Origin: Eledone cirrhosa
Taxonomy: Eukaryota
Direction of reading: 5' to 3'
NCBI GenBank assembly: GCA_964016885.1
Contig: OZ024741.1
Location: forward strand, 97,526,001 to 97,590,000
Length of the DNA stretch: 64,000 nt
Program-made: the position numbers and the translations under genes
Shown: positions 27,001-41,100 of the stretch, one piece after another
Layout: every line of letters starts with the position of its first letter
Numbering within the stretch: the stretch's first letter is position 1
The notes under the pieces: model-generated
What the model saw: the letters and a program-made list of their open reading frames with translations, nothing else
What the model was told of the DNA's origin: nothing
The model's database searches: none

Positions 27001-29837
27001 ACATGTAATTTCCGGCACGTAAGGCTTACAGGGACCAGGTCAACAATTTAGTTCATAAAACGTTGACAGGGGGAGTCGTCAACAATAGATGGTGGGGTCT
27101 CTCAAAAGAGAGATTAGAGTAATGTCGATAGAGTTTAGCAAAGAAGTAACGTTAGAGAAAAATAGAAAGGAGGGGGAGTTGGTAGATAAGTTAGACGAGG
27201 CTATTGGTAGTGGCATTTCAACTGACGTGCTAGCGGCGAGAATGTCATTAGACAATTTCTTCAATGCGAAACAAAATGGTTACATTGTCAGAGCTGAGGC
27301 GCGTGCACTGAGAAGCAAGGGAACCAAAGCTGTTCGATGGGCCCGCGTGGCAGAGGCGCACCGTGGTTCGGGGGAAGTGGCGGGTCATAGAGGGTGGCGG
27401 ACTTCAGTCCCTACCTCGATGGCTTGCCGCAACTCTCGACGGATGACGCTGGGTGTTCCGAAAGGCCAATTACTTCAGCCGAGATTCAGGATGCTCTTGA
27501 CGGCTGCATGAGGCGCAAGTCACCCGGTTTGGATGGTCTGCCCTACGAGCTTTACGTAAATATGCCAGACTTGTTCTCCAATCTCCTCGAAGCCCTCTAC
27601 TGCAACTGGCAGCAAAACGGGAGTATTCCCAGTTCTGTGAGCCGGGGTGTAGTGACGCTGATAAGGAAAGACGAGAACAAGAGGGACACATTAGACAATT
27701 TCAGGCCCATAACTCTGCTCAACACAGAGTTTAAGATTTTGGCCAGGGTGTTAGCGAAGAGGTTGGCGCTTGTCGTCGGGGATTTGGTTTGGGAAGCGCA
27801 AACTTGCGCAATCCCAACCAGGTCCATACACGACAACCTCCACCTAATGCGATACATCATAGAAAGGGTAGGGTGTAAACCTGGCTTCGGTGGGGCTCTG
27901 ATCAATTTAAGTCAATCGAAAGCATTCGATAGGGTCGACCATTGGTACATGGAGGCTGTCCTCAAGGCGGCTGGCTTCGGCCCCGTCTTGAGAAGCTAGA
28001 TCACTGCAATGCACAGCGGCACCTGCTCGATAGTCAAAATAAATGGCCACCTCTCGGAACCGTTTCACGTCGCCCGATCGGTCCGTCAAGGGTGCCCTCT
28101 CTCCTCCCTTCTCTACGTATTGACTATCGAGCCTTTACTGCGGAAGCTGGAGCTGTTGCAGGGCAGCCCGCTTGAACCGGGACGCGGAGGCTGTGTCGCC
28201 TTATGCGGACGACATCACCGTGATGGTGTCGGACACCTCAGAAATCGAGGTGGTCGGCAACTTATTGGAGGAATATGAAAGTTTGACGGGAGCACCTGGA
28301 GAGGCAAAGCCATGCTGTCCAACAACGTCGTTTGGCGCTGGACGGACGGACCAGTAAAGTTGCTCGGGGTTTGATTCGGGCCAGACCTCCAGGTGGATAA
28401 GAATTGGGAGGAGGTGAAGGATAGGGTAGCCAGTCTCACCCAGAAATGGGCTGGGATGAAGCTATCACTGAAAGGTCGGGCTGAGGTGGCGAAAGCGTAC
28501 ATGGCGTCCATTATCTACTACTGTCTTCCCGTCGTCCCTTGCCCCCGTTCGCGCCTCGCCATCTTGTAGCGGCTCCTCTACAAATTCATGTGGGTGTGGG
28601 GGATCAGGGTCCGCTGGTGAGGCGGTCCATCTGCTGCCAGCACTCTCTACGTGGAGGGCTGGGCATGCTGTGGCTAATGATGCGCAGGCACGCGCTGAGG
28701 CTGCGGCATCTCCAGATATTCTGCCTAAAGGGTGAACAGGTGTGGTCGCCGTTTGTTAGACGGGCCTTTCCGCAGCTCGTTTCTTTGACTGAACTGCAGT
28801 CCTAGGTCAAGAAGAGACCGAGAGTGGATGACTGAAATCAGAAATGTTGCCAGGCACTCACTGCCCTCTACCAGGCGGCCAATGCGGTCAGTGGAACTTC
28901 CACTCTCGATTTCTATAGAGGATTAGTGGTGGGCTAGTGCGACGACGCACTCGGAGAGGCTCAGGGAGTCAACGAAGTCGAACTAACCAGTCTGTACTGG
29001 AGGACTTTCGAGCCGGGGACGATGGATAATTTCCAAAAATCCCTCGCTTGGCAGTGCTACCGGGGGGCACTGCCGGTTCGAGATAAACTCGACAGCCACG
29101 GAAGTGCTGTCAGACGGACCTGCCCGAGATGCGCGCAGAGTGACGAAACCGTTCTGCACGCACTCATCCAGTCTCCGTGCATTACTGACTTGTGGAGTTA
29201 TGTTGAACAGCTGTTGTCGCGTGTAGAACGGATCCGTTCATCGGCCGAGTCCATAGTCAAGATCGACCGGCCGCCTTCTTTTGGCCAGGAAGGGCAGGCA
29301 ATTTTCCTCTGTCTAGTGGCAGTAGCGAAAGAGGTTGTATGGTGAACGAGGTTGAAAGGACTGAAGACAGACACTTTTCTCTTCGGCCAATCCCTCATCA
29401 AATTGTTCAAGTTTCCCTTGGAAAGGAAGGTGAGGGTGGAGAGAGAAGTACTGCCCCCCCCCCCCCCCCCCACCACACACACACACACACATACCCCACC
29501 CACCCAGTACATTTGCTGTAAGGTGGGTGAATGTGGCGAGAATGGGCCGTGTGAGTGGGCCTACGCTGGTCATGCGGCTGTAGGTTGGTAAATTTAAGGA
29601 GAAGAGGGGGTGCCCTTCCATCGTGCTCTCGAAGCGTCGGGTCGTTCAGGATTGGTGGGGTACCTTAGCGAACCCTGTGTTGTCATCCCCTCCTATTGGG
29701 GAATTTTTTCTTGTAATTTTATTCTTACATTGTTATTGTTATTCATATTGTTTACTCGATTTTCCTGTAAAACCCCACTGCCCTAGTGTTTTGTATTGTC
29801 CCCTATATGTCGGCCCTTGTGGCCAATAAATGAAATC
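24081..29837 (+). mobile_element. Tx1/L1-clade element, family A copy 1, near full-length, degenerate
   Basis: Flanked by (ATT)n on both sides. ORF1 24285-26241 (N/T-rich start, CFVCGEKTHLRAFC knuckle). ORF2 from 26274 (MAVLRVGCLNVRGL; KSPGLDGLPYE; QSKAFDRVDH; RQGCPLS; YADD; CPRC..HAL) with many stops and frameshifts. Confidence 0.95.
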
Positions 29838-29858
29838 ATTATTATTATTATTATTATT

Positions 29859-32800
29859 AATGTTGGTGAAGCCACGCTTCTTATCGCCTCCAGTTTTTTT
29901 CAACGTTTTACCACGTTTTCAACCGTTCTAAACCGTTTATTCAAGTTTTAAGTTTGATAAAAGTTTAGAAGAAGTGACCCACCTAATACAGGGGTAAACT
30001 AGTAAACAATACGGCACTCCTTTACGTATTCGTAATACTTTTTTGAAAAATGTCAACATGGATAACACAAGAAAGAGAGAGAGCGCTGTCAGACAACACA
30101 GAGAGAGGGAGACTTTATCAGCATGTCAACAAGACAGCGTTCCAGCGGAATAATATAAACGAAAATATTACAAAGGAAAAGAAGATTGTTACAGATTTAA
30201 AATTAACAAATATTTCTAACACAAACAACGCCAACAAGAACACCATCAATAACAACAGCAACAACAAAATAACAGCGGTAAAGTTGGGAACGACAATAAC
30301 AAAAATAACAGCGGTAAGGTCGAGAACGACAATAACAATGACAATAACAACAGCCACAACAACAATAATAGTAGGAACAGTATCAACAAAAACAACAATA
30401 ATAACAACAGCCACAATAGCAGAAACAACAGCAACAGTATCAATGAAAACAACAACAACAACACCTACAACTGTACCAACGAAAACAACAACAATGACAC
30501 CGATACCTGTAATAGCGATCTCAGCACCACCAGTAAGACCAGTAGCGACAGCAATAATGGTGCTGCTGAAAAAGGGACCACTTCTTTTGCACGTGTCACC
30601 CGAAATATCGAGACAGTGTTATTCACAGAGGAGGAGATGGTAGTTGCAAGGGCCATGGTGACAAGAAGCGCAAATAGAGTCTCCCTGAAACCTCCACCCG
30701 ATTTTTTCAAGGACCAGCAACTACGGACGGTGTCTTACCGCACCGTAAGCAAAATCTCACATCGGGTGGAGAGAGCCACGGAGGCTCAAATCCAAAAGAT
30801 CTTGGGGTGCGTCTGGGCACGCAAAACCCACATCACCCGAGGCAGAAAGTACGCCAAAGTAGACGTACATTTCGCCACCCCCCACGAAGCAAAGTCTCAC
30901 TCTTTGAAAACCCTAAAGAGTGAGGAAATAGTCTTGGTGCCCTCCTACTGCGGGCAGAAAGTTGTGAGGGTCAAAGTGACCCAGGTCCCACCCAACGTGC
31001 CCATATCTTGGCTGGCCGCGTCTGTCCTTGCTGGAATCGAGAACAGGACGACCATGCTGCTAGTAGAAAAAATAGGGAGAGGGAACTGGTCAAGTATAGG
31101 CAAGCAAATGCTTATACAAACTGACCAGGAATGTATCGACGCTATCCCTGATATCATAGACATCGAGGAAGGACTCCAACTCCCTATAAATCTAGAAGGA
31201 AGACGGCCAAAATGTTATCTCTGTGGGTCGAAGGTTCACCTCAGGGACTTTTGCCCGCAGAAGACAGCGACGAAGGCCCCCCCCCTCCTTCCAATGCCTG
31301 GTCCGCTGCTACCAAGAGCAGGGCAGGCAACAAACGAAGAAACCCCTTCCATGGTGAGTAGGAGGGAAACGTCCGTAGCACCCGTACCAAGGCCACGGAC
31401 AACTAAAGCAGCATCATCAGTGGCGGCAACACCAATATCTACATTTGAAGTAGCTACACCAGCAACAAAATTGCCGAAGAGGGCTCCACTACCACCACCA
31501 ACAGCCGTGGAGCACACACACCCTCCCAGACGCCACAGAATCCGACATGATGTTTGAGGCGGGAGTGAAGTGGCAAACGATCTGCCACAAAAAACAAAAA
31601 AGAAAAAAAACCTTAGATTCACCCTCCAAAAGCGAAGCCATACAAAGAGGAGTAAAGGCAGCAAGGAAACTTGCAGCAACACCACCACCTTCACCACCAC
31701 AAGCACTACTGACAGCAACAACCACACCACCACCAGCATCACCAAAAACACCAACAACGCAAACACAACTAGACACACACACCAAACAGCAACAAGAATA
31801 AAACAGCAACGAAATTACCCCTCCCCCAAAAAAGTACACAGCCATAAACATGGCAAAAAAAGAACTCATACAATATATAAAGCAGCACACAGACATCAAG
31901 GAAAAAAACTGCTATACCCCACCAACACCAAGAACTCTCCCGACAAACATAAGCCTCATCGAAATCTCATTAGAACAATATAAACCTTTAAAACAAAAAT
32001 TTCCCAACGCAGTTGTAGACTTCAGAGGGTCGGTTACCAAGAGGATATACACTGACATCCTCTTGGAAACACCCATGACCCACGAAAGGGACGGTTCTAC
32101 TGTCCCTTCAGCACACGATCAAGGTAAGTGACCCTTTCTCACTTGCCCCGTTTCTCATCCAACATGGCCGTACTCAGAATAGGCAGTATAAATGCACGTG
32201 GCCTGGGGTCATCTTGGAAGCAGGGTCACCTGCTCAACGACCTCAGGTCACTAAACATAGATGTGGTGGCCATCAGTGAAACCAGAATCTCCGAAGCACA
32301 AGCCTTCGCACCGATCTTCGGCGGCTACGATGTATACGCATGTCCCAGCCGCCCAGGATCGGGGGAGGGGTTGCCGTCCTTTTTCGGAGAGGCTTGGATC
32401 TCGTGATACGGGCCATTTTCCTGGACCCAGAAGGTAAGTCGGTGGTGCTGGACGTGACCGGCAGCGAAGGCAATGCTTTCAGGCTAGTAGCCGTCTACGC
32501 CCTAGCAGGGGCAGGATTGCCAGACTTCTTCAGACGTCTCGAGACCTTTCTTGGAACCTCCCGTTCTTTAGAGTTAGTGGGAGACTGGAACGGTATCTTG
32601 GATGCACGCTGGGATCATGTGGGGCTAGTGGATAGGGGAGGAGGGTGCAAGAGCCTCACCAACCTGCTCAGACGTTTTGAACTGTATGACAGGTATCGAC
32701 TGGATCACCCGAATGTGCCAATGTGGACATGGATAAACCGCATCGGGTCATCCAGATCGTATCTCGATAGGGTATTCTGCAGAGAACTAGATAAGGCTAG

Positions 32801-35800
32801 TATAAGTTGTCCACAATTTAAAATAGTCGACTACACAGACCACAAATTTGTGATCTGTGAGATCGACATAGACAGACTTCATAGACAAGGGCCTGGTTAC
32901 TGGAAGCTGAACGCGTCTTTCCCGGCGCGCAAAGCCTACAGAGCCCGGATTAGCGTATTAGTTAAGCGGGCGTTGACGGGAGCGGTCGTCAACAACAGGT
33001 GGTGGTTCGCCCTGAAAGAGCAATTAAAGTAGAGTCGATTAGGTTTAGCAAAGGAGTAGTGATAGAGGAAAGTAGAGTAGAGGGAGAGCTTGCCAGAAAG
33101 CTAAAAGAGGCGTTTAGGACAGGCATCGCAACCGACGTGCTTGCGGCGAGATTGGCACTCGACCAATTCTTCAACGCAAAACACGAAGGCTGCGTTGTCA
33201 GAGCTAGAGCGCGTGCTCTGAAACACGAGGGGATAAAAGTCGTCCAATGGGCCCGGGTGGCAGAGCCGCGACGTGGCAACAAAGCCACAATTCGGTCATT
33301 GTCTGACCAAAACGGATGTGTGAAGCTTTTCAGCAGCACTTTGCTGAACTGTTCGGGAGCGGCGGCGGCGGCCCGGATTGGGGCATGGACTTCAGTGCAT
33401 ACCTCGACGGACTCCCTAGGCTCTCAACGACTGCAGCACAGTGTTGCGAAAAGCCAATAACAGCCGGTGAAATACGGGAAGCGATGGCTAACTGCACAAG
33501 GGGTAAATCGCCAGGTTTGGATGGTCTTCCCTACCAGCTTTATGCATTTATGCCAAACTTGTTCGGTGACTTCTTGGCAGACGTCTACTGCAGCTGGCAG
33601 CAGAACGGTAGCATTCCCAGTTTTGTGAGCCGGGGAGCAGTGGCGCTGCTGAGAAAAGACCCGAACAAGGGGGATGTTATCGATAGTTTCAGGCCCATAA
33701 CTCTGCTAAACGCAGAGTTCAAGATTTTGGCCAAGGTGTTAGCAACGATGTTGGCGCTTGTCGTCAAGTGGTCTGGTGGAAGAGGCGCAGACATGCGCCA
33801 TTCCGGACAGATCCATACACGACAACCTCCACCTCATGTGATACATCATAGTGAGGGTGATAAGGAACCTGGCACTGGTGAAGCCCTGATAAATTTGGAT
33901 CAATCCAAAGCATTCGATAGGGTGGCACATCGGTACCTGGCGGCGGTCCTCGAGGCAGCCGGTTTCAGGCCCGTTTTCAGGGTTTGGATCGTAGCAATGT
34001 ACAGCGACATCTGCTCAGTTGTGAGGGTGAACGGTCACGTGTCGCAGCCGTTCAGCATCATGCGCTCAGTCCGCCAGGGTTGTCCCCTCTCGTCCCTCTT
34101 GTACGTATTGGCTTTCGAGCCGTTACTGCACAAACTGAGGGCGATGAGGGGCGTCCCACGCGAACTAGGATGCGGGAAATCCGAGTCGGCTTACGCTGAC
34201 GACGTAACCTTGGTGGTGTCGAGCATCAGACATGTCAAGATGCTCGGCCCCGCTCTCAAGGAATACGAAGCGGTGACAGACGCAAAGATAAACCAGGAAA
34301 TGTCGGTGGGCTTGCAGCTCGGCACCTGGAGAGGCAAGTCCATGCCGTCCGACAGCGTCGTGGGCGTTGGACGGACGGACCGGTTAAATTGCTCGGGGTT
34401 TGGTTCGGAGCGGACCTCCAGATGTAGAAAAACTGGAACGAGGTGACGAGCAGGGTGGCCTCCCTCACCCAGAAATGGGCCGAGAGGAAGCTGTCCCTGA
34501 AAGGCCAGGCGGAGGTGGCGAATGCGTACATCGCATCCGTCATCTGCTACCGCAACTCTCACCAAAATGGAGCGCCTCCTCTTCCGCTTTTTATGGAAGG
34601 GACGCCCACCCATGGTCAGACGATCAATCTGCTGTCAACACCCGTTGCGTGGAGGACTGGGCATGCATGGCTTATGATCCGCAAACATGCGCTGAGGCTG
34701 CGACTTCTCTGGTGCGTCCTTGACGGTGAACAGGTGTGGTCGCCGTTCGCTAAGCACGTTTTCCCACAGCTCGTCTCCTTGACGGAGCTGCAGTCCTGGG
34801 TCAGAAAAAGACCGAGGGATAGCGCTTGGAAACTGGAATGTCTCCAGGCGCTCACTGCCCTCTGCCAGCTGGGCACCAGTATCGGTGGAACAGCCACCTC
34901 GGTGTTCTATAGAGGACTAGTGGAGGGGAAGAGCGACGACATTCTCGGAGATATCCTGGGCGTCGAAGAAGACAGCTGTTTGCTCTCTTCCGGAGAACTT
35001 TCAGTCCGGGGCCTATAGTTAACTTCCAAAATTCCCTGGCCTTGCAGTGTTACCGGGGAGCGCTGCCGGTTCGAGACAAGCTCTACAGGCACGGAAGTGC
35101 CGTCAGCCGAGCCTGTCCGAGATGCGCGCAGAGCGAAGAAACTGTCGTGCACGCACTCGTTCAATGCCCGAGCGTTGCTGACTTGTGGAGCTATGTCGAA
35201 CAGTTCTGTCGCGTGTAGGACTGATCCGGTTGTCTACTGAGTCCATTGTGCAGATGGTCTCGCCGTCTTCCTTCGAGGAGGAAGGGCTGGCGGTTTTCAG
35301 CTGCTTGGTAGCCATGGCGAAAAAGATTATGTCGTTGTCAAGGTTAAAAGGGTTAAAGACAAACACTTTCCTCTTCGGCGAATCCCTAATTAACTTTTTC
35401 AAGTTTCACTTGAAGAGGAAAATGAAGGGTGGAGAGGCAAGTGCTGCCTTCTAGCAAGTTTTTTGAAAGGTGGGTGAGTGTAGCGAGAATGGTCCGAGTG
35501 AACATATCTGAATATACATCTGTAGTTTGAGTGATGGAAACATTGAGAGAGGGCGCTTGCGCTGGTGGTTAGGGTGTCCATGGTCTTTTGTGTGCTTTTC
35601 GCCACGAGTAACCATCGGAGGTTTCACCCCTATTTGGGAATTTTTCATTGTTTCAATTTTCATTTTTATTGTTTATATATATATATATGTTTCTCTATTT
35701 TTTTTTCTTTTCTTATATAAATAATAAAAATATTTACACGCACAAAACCCACATCGTACCGTCTTGTGCCGTCTGTAATGTTTTTCTTGATGTCAGCCCT

Positions 35801-35819
35801 TGTGGCCAATAAAGAAATC
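29859..35819 (+). mobile_element. Tx1/L1-clade element, family B copy 2, full-length, degenerate
   Basis: ORF1 30050-32131 (frameshifted; CYLCGSKVHLRDFC). ORF2 32164 to about 35525 (APE, RT 33316-34446 with SAYADD, C-terminal CPRC finger). ATT tracts at both ends. Confidence 0.95.
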
Positions 35820-35828
35820 ATTATTATT

Positions 35829-37645
35829 GTTCTTTGAATCTCAGTCATTGATATTAGTTAACTGGAAAGTTTGTTGAAAGGAATAGCAAGCCACTACCTG
35901 CAGCCTCAGATATTCAGGACGTATCGGAGGGTTCTTGCTGTTCCTAGCAAGCATGGCTTTCGAAGCGTTCCAAAAAGCGTGGCGGGGCCAATTTTCTTTA
36001 ACCATCGCTGGAAACCTTTTGAGATAGTACCTAGTGCGCCTATGACAATCGGGACCACTTTGACTTCATGGCACTTCCAAATCCTTTTTACCTGCCACTT
36101 TAAGTCCTGGTATCGGTTAATTGTCCCCCTCTCCTTCTCGTGTCGAATGGGCAGGCCACATCCACAATAAGCTACGATCTTTTTTCCTTGTCCAAAACCA
36201 CCAGGTTAGGTCTATTGTGTTCCAGTTTCCTGTCCGTCTGTATTCTAAAATCCCACAGCACCTTCACCTGATCGTTTTCTATCATCGACTCTGGCTTATT
36301 CTCATACCACTTCTCAGAATGTGGTAAATTGTTTACTTTGCATAGGTGCCAGTGGTTCACCCCGCCCATCACATCATGTCTCCAGCCTTTATAGTGAGTC
36401 TGGGCTAGGTGTTTACACTCGGATACAATATGAGCCACAGTCTCCTCTCTCTCTCCACAGATCCTGCACAGTGGGGTAGCCTCCTCCTTGTAAATATGGT
36501 GTTTCAACCACTTCGTTTGAGGGCCTGCTCTTGTGCAGCCATTAGCATTCCGTCTGTAGCCTTTTTAATGTCTCCTATTTCAATCAGTTCCATCTGTGTG
36601 GATCTCTGAATTCAGTTTTCTCAAAGAAGGTACTATGAAGGGATTTTTCCTGAAGGCTGCTCTTTCTCCTTGTTGTTATTTCCTCCTTGGACATCCCCTG
36701 GTCTATTGTCTTCTCCTTCAGTACAATTCTGAGCATTGGCTCCTTACTATCAGTCACGTATTTGTGTAGGTTGTTTTTCTCCATCTGAACACAGTCCTCT
36801 ATGCTGATAATACCTCTTCCATCTTCAGATCTCCTTAAGTAGAGTCTATCGACATCACTCCACCGGTGATTTGATCATGTGGCACGTGATTTCATCGTGT
36901 GGAATTTAGTGTGGCACTATCACGCTGTAGACGAACATAAATAAACAAACAAACAAATAGGTAAAAACAAACAAAAAAGAATAAGCATAAGTTTCATTGT
37001 AATGTAATGTTTTTAATGTCTGACTTAGTTTTTTTTTTACCTTTCCTTCTCTGTCTGTCTGTTTGTTTTTATTTTTATTTTTATTTTCTTTACGTTTTTC
37101 GTTGTTGCTGTGCTGTTTTGATTTTGATTTTTGGTTTTTTGATTTTTTGACCGTGTCATCAAATCAGTCTATTTATATCTTTTGATGCCTTCCTCTTTTA
37201 GTGGGGACACTACGATCCATGTCTTAGCAGGAGGTAGTGGGAGAGAATAGCGGCGGTAGTGATAATGAGGCAGTGGTGGTGGTGGTGGTGGTGTTGTGCT
37301 ATTAGTACTTAGCAGGAGATAGTGGGAGAGAATAGCGGCGGTAGCGATAATGAGGCAGTGGTGGTGGTGATGTGATCGTAGTACTGTAGTGATGGTGTTG
37401 AAGTAGAAATAGAATTTGAGGTAACTTGACTAGTTTTTTTGGCGTGGTAGTGGTGATGGTGGCGGTGGTGGTGTTGGTGGTGAAATTATTTGCTTGTCTG
37501 TCCACTTAGCCATTTAGCTATTTAGCCATTTAGCCATATTCCTCTTTTTCGACTATAACATTTCTGATACAAAATTAAATATTAAATATTGGGGCCCTAT
37601 GCCGTAAAGTGATGCGTTATGGCTTGCTGAGCGTGAAAACTGTGA
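35829..37645 (-). mobile_element. R4/Dong-type element, internally deleted relative of 50636-54810
   Basis: 3' region (CRICGEREETVAHIVSEC, RHD, HNRP) at 35829-36860 is joined directly to the 5' non-coding region at about 36861-37590. (TAA)n on the element strand at both ends. The 5' boundary is approximate. Confidence 0.9.
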
Positions 37646-38189
37646 TTATTATTATTATTATTAGGATGAGAATGAAATATGTGAAGATTATTATAATCAA
37701 CATGATGATCATGACGATATTGGTATTTGTTTTTACTCTCTTTTATTATACCTACAAATGGAAATCTTGAAGTCCACTCTCAGAATTTATTTATATTACA
37801 GGTGCGGTAAGATTGACTGTCAAATGTTAATTGCTATCTTTCAGTTGATACTTAAAAACATTCCATTCAAGCACAGTACTCAATGTAGCCCTAAATAGGC
37901 ATGGCGTAATATGTGGTGATGAAAGAAAATAATAATAATGATCTCTTTATTAACCACAAGGGTTTACATAAAGTAGACATTAAGGACAGTGCAGGACAAT
38001 GCAGGACGGTACAAATGGGCATTTCTGCGTGTAAAAAACAAAAACAGAGGATGTAACAAAAAATAACAATGAAAAATTCCCCAATAGGGGAGAGACTTCG
38101 GAGGGACATTTGTGGAGAAAGCCCAGTAAAAAGCCACAATGACCCTGACCACCAAGGCAAGTGCCCTCTCCCAGTTTTCCACCTTTAAT

Positions 38190-41100
38190 TTACAGATATA
38201 TACTCAGAGTAGTCCCATTCACTCGGGCCATTCTTGCTTCTCTCACCCATCTTTCAACAAAATGCTGGGAAGAGAGCACTTCCCTCTCTACTCTGATTTT
38301 CCTTTTCAAATGAAATTTGAAAAAGTCAATCAGAGCATCACCGAAGAGGAAAGTGCTCGTCTTCAGCCCTTTCAAACGTGTCCACCATACTATCTCTTTC
38401 GCCATGGCCACCAGACAGATAAAAACTGCCTGCCCTTCCCGGCTAAAGGAGGAGGGCGGGGCAATCCTCACGATGGACTCAGATGATAGCCGGATCCGTC
38501 CTAAACGCGACAGCAGGTGTTCGACATAAACCCACAAGTCAGCAATTTTCGGACACTGGACGAGTGCGTGCAGGACAGTTTCGTCGCCCTGCGCACATCT
38601 CGGACATGCCCGGCTGACGGCACCTCCATGCCTGTAGAGTTTATCCCGAACTGGCAAGGCTCCTCGGTAGCACTGCCAGGCCAGAGATTTCTGGAAGTTG
38701 TCCATAGGCCCCAGCCCGAAAGTTCTTCCGAAGAGATTGGCTAGTTGATTTTCGTCGACGCCTAGAGTTTCCCCAAGTACGTCGTCGCTCTTCCCCTCCA
38801 CTAATCCTCTATAGAACGCCGAGGTGGAGTTTCCACCGATCACATTGCCCGATTGGTCGAGGGCTGTGAGCGCCTGAAGACATTCCAGTCTCCAGGCGCT
38901 CCCTCTCGGTCTTCGCTTGACCCAGGACTGCAGCTCCGTCAAGGAAACGAGCTGGGGAAATACGTGTCTAGCAAACGGCGACCACACCTGATCACCGTCG
39001 AGGAAGAGGTGGAGATGTCGTAGCCTGAGCGCGTGCCTGCGCATCATCAGCCACGGCATGCCCAGCCCTCCACGTAGCGGGTGTTGACAACAGATGGACC
39101 GCCTGACCATCGGAGCGCGTCCCTTCCACAAGAAGCGAAAGAGCAAACGCTCCAGCGCAGTCAGGCGAGGCTTAGGACAAGGTACGACGGTCAGGCGGTA
39201 GCAGATGACAGACGCGATGTACGCGTTAGCCACCTCCGCTCGACCTTTCAGGGATAACTTCCTCTCCGCCCATTTCTGGGTGTTAGAAACCACCCTGCTC
39301 GTCACCTCGTCCCAGTTTTTGTCCGTCTGGAGGTCCGGACCGAACCAGACCCCTAGCAATTTAACCGGTCCGTCCGTCCAGCGTCCGACGACGTTGTTGG
39401 ACGGCATGGACCTGCCTCTCCAGGTGCGGAGCTGCAGGCCCACTGACTTTTCCTGGTTGATCATTGCTCCTGTCACCGCTTCGTATTCTCTTAGTGTAGT
39501 GCCGATCGCCTCGATGTGTTTGGCGTTCGACACAACTACGGTGACATCGTCCGCATATGCTGACACGGATCTTCCGCATCCTAGTTCGCGCGGGACGCCC
39601 CTCAACGTCTCCAGTTTGTGCAGTAATGGCTCGAGAGTCAATACGTACAAGAGGGACGAGAGGAGACATCCTTGGCGGACCGAGCGCATGATGTTGAACG
39701 GTTCCGACAGGTGACCGTTCACTCTCACCACAGAGCAGATGTCGCTGTGCATGGCAGCGATCCAGCCTCTGAAGACGGGCCCAAAGCCAGCCGCCCTCAG
39801 GACTGCCGCTAGGTAACGATGGTCGACCCTATCGAAAGCTTTCGACTGATCTAAATTGTTCAAGGACCCACCCGTGCCAGGTTCCTTAGCTACCCTTTCT
39901 ATGATGTATCGCATGAGGTGGAGGTTGTCGTGGATGGATCTGTCGGGAATGGCGCATGTATGCGCCTCTCCCACCAGACCACCAACTACAAGCGCCAACC
40001 TCTTTGCTAGCACCTTGGCCAAAATATTGAACTCTGTGTTTAGCAGAGTTATGGGCCAGAAATTATCTATGTTATCCCCCTTGTTCGGATCCTTTCTCAG
40101 CAGTGCCACCGCTCCTCGGCTCACAGAACTGGGAATTCTCCCGTTCTGTTGCCAGTTGCAGTAGACGTCCGCCAAGAGGCCTCCAAACAAGTCTGGCATC
40201 TGTACGTAAAGTTCATAGGGCAGACCATCCAAACCAGGCGATTTACCCCTTGTGCAGCCAGTCATTGCCTCCCTTACTTCAGAGGCTGTTATCGGTTTTT
40301 CGCAACACTTCGCCTCAGTGGCCGAGAGCCGCGGCAGTCCGTCGAGGTAGACACTAAAGTCCATCCCTCTACCCGGCCCACCGCTGCCCCCGAACAGCTG
40401 AGCGAAGTGTCGCTGAAAAGCTTCACACATTTGCCCGGGATCGAGTAGCATGCGCCCGTCGTGGTCCACCAAAGACCGGATCGTGGCTTTGTTGCCACGA
40501 CGCGCCTCCGCCACTCGGGCCCATTGAACGGCTTTCGTCCCCTCGTGTCTGAGAGCACGCACCCTTGCTCTGACAACGCAGCCTTCGTGCTTTGCATTGA
40601 AGAATTGGTCAAGGGCCAATTTCGCCGCAAGCACGTCGGTCGCAATGCCTTTGCTAAGCGCCTCGTCTAATTTTCTAACTAGTTCTCCCTCTGCTCTATT
40701 TTTCTCTATTGCTAAAGCCTTACTAAACCTAATCGATTCTATTCTAATCGCTCTTTTCAGAGCAAACCACCACTTGTTGTTGACGATGGCCCCCGTCAAC
40801 GCCCGCTTAACTAGTTCGCTAATCCTGTCTCTGTAGGCCTTGCGCGCTGGTAAGGACGCGTTTAGCTTCCAGTAGCCGGGTCCTCGTCTATGAAGCCTAT
40901 CTAAGTCAACCACACAGATCACGAATTTGTGGTCCGTGTAGCTGACTATCTTGAATTGTGGACAGCCTATGCTAGACGTATCTATTTCCCTACAAAATAC
41001 TCTATCTAGATATGATCTGGATGACCCTATGCGATTTGTCCAAGTCCACATTGGCACATTCGGGAAATCCAATCGGTACCTGTCAGACAGTTCAAAACGC

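Noticed and set aside
29838-29858. Target-site duplications for Tx1 and R4 insertions
   Set aside because: They cannot be delimited inside pure (ATT)n tracts.
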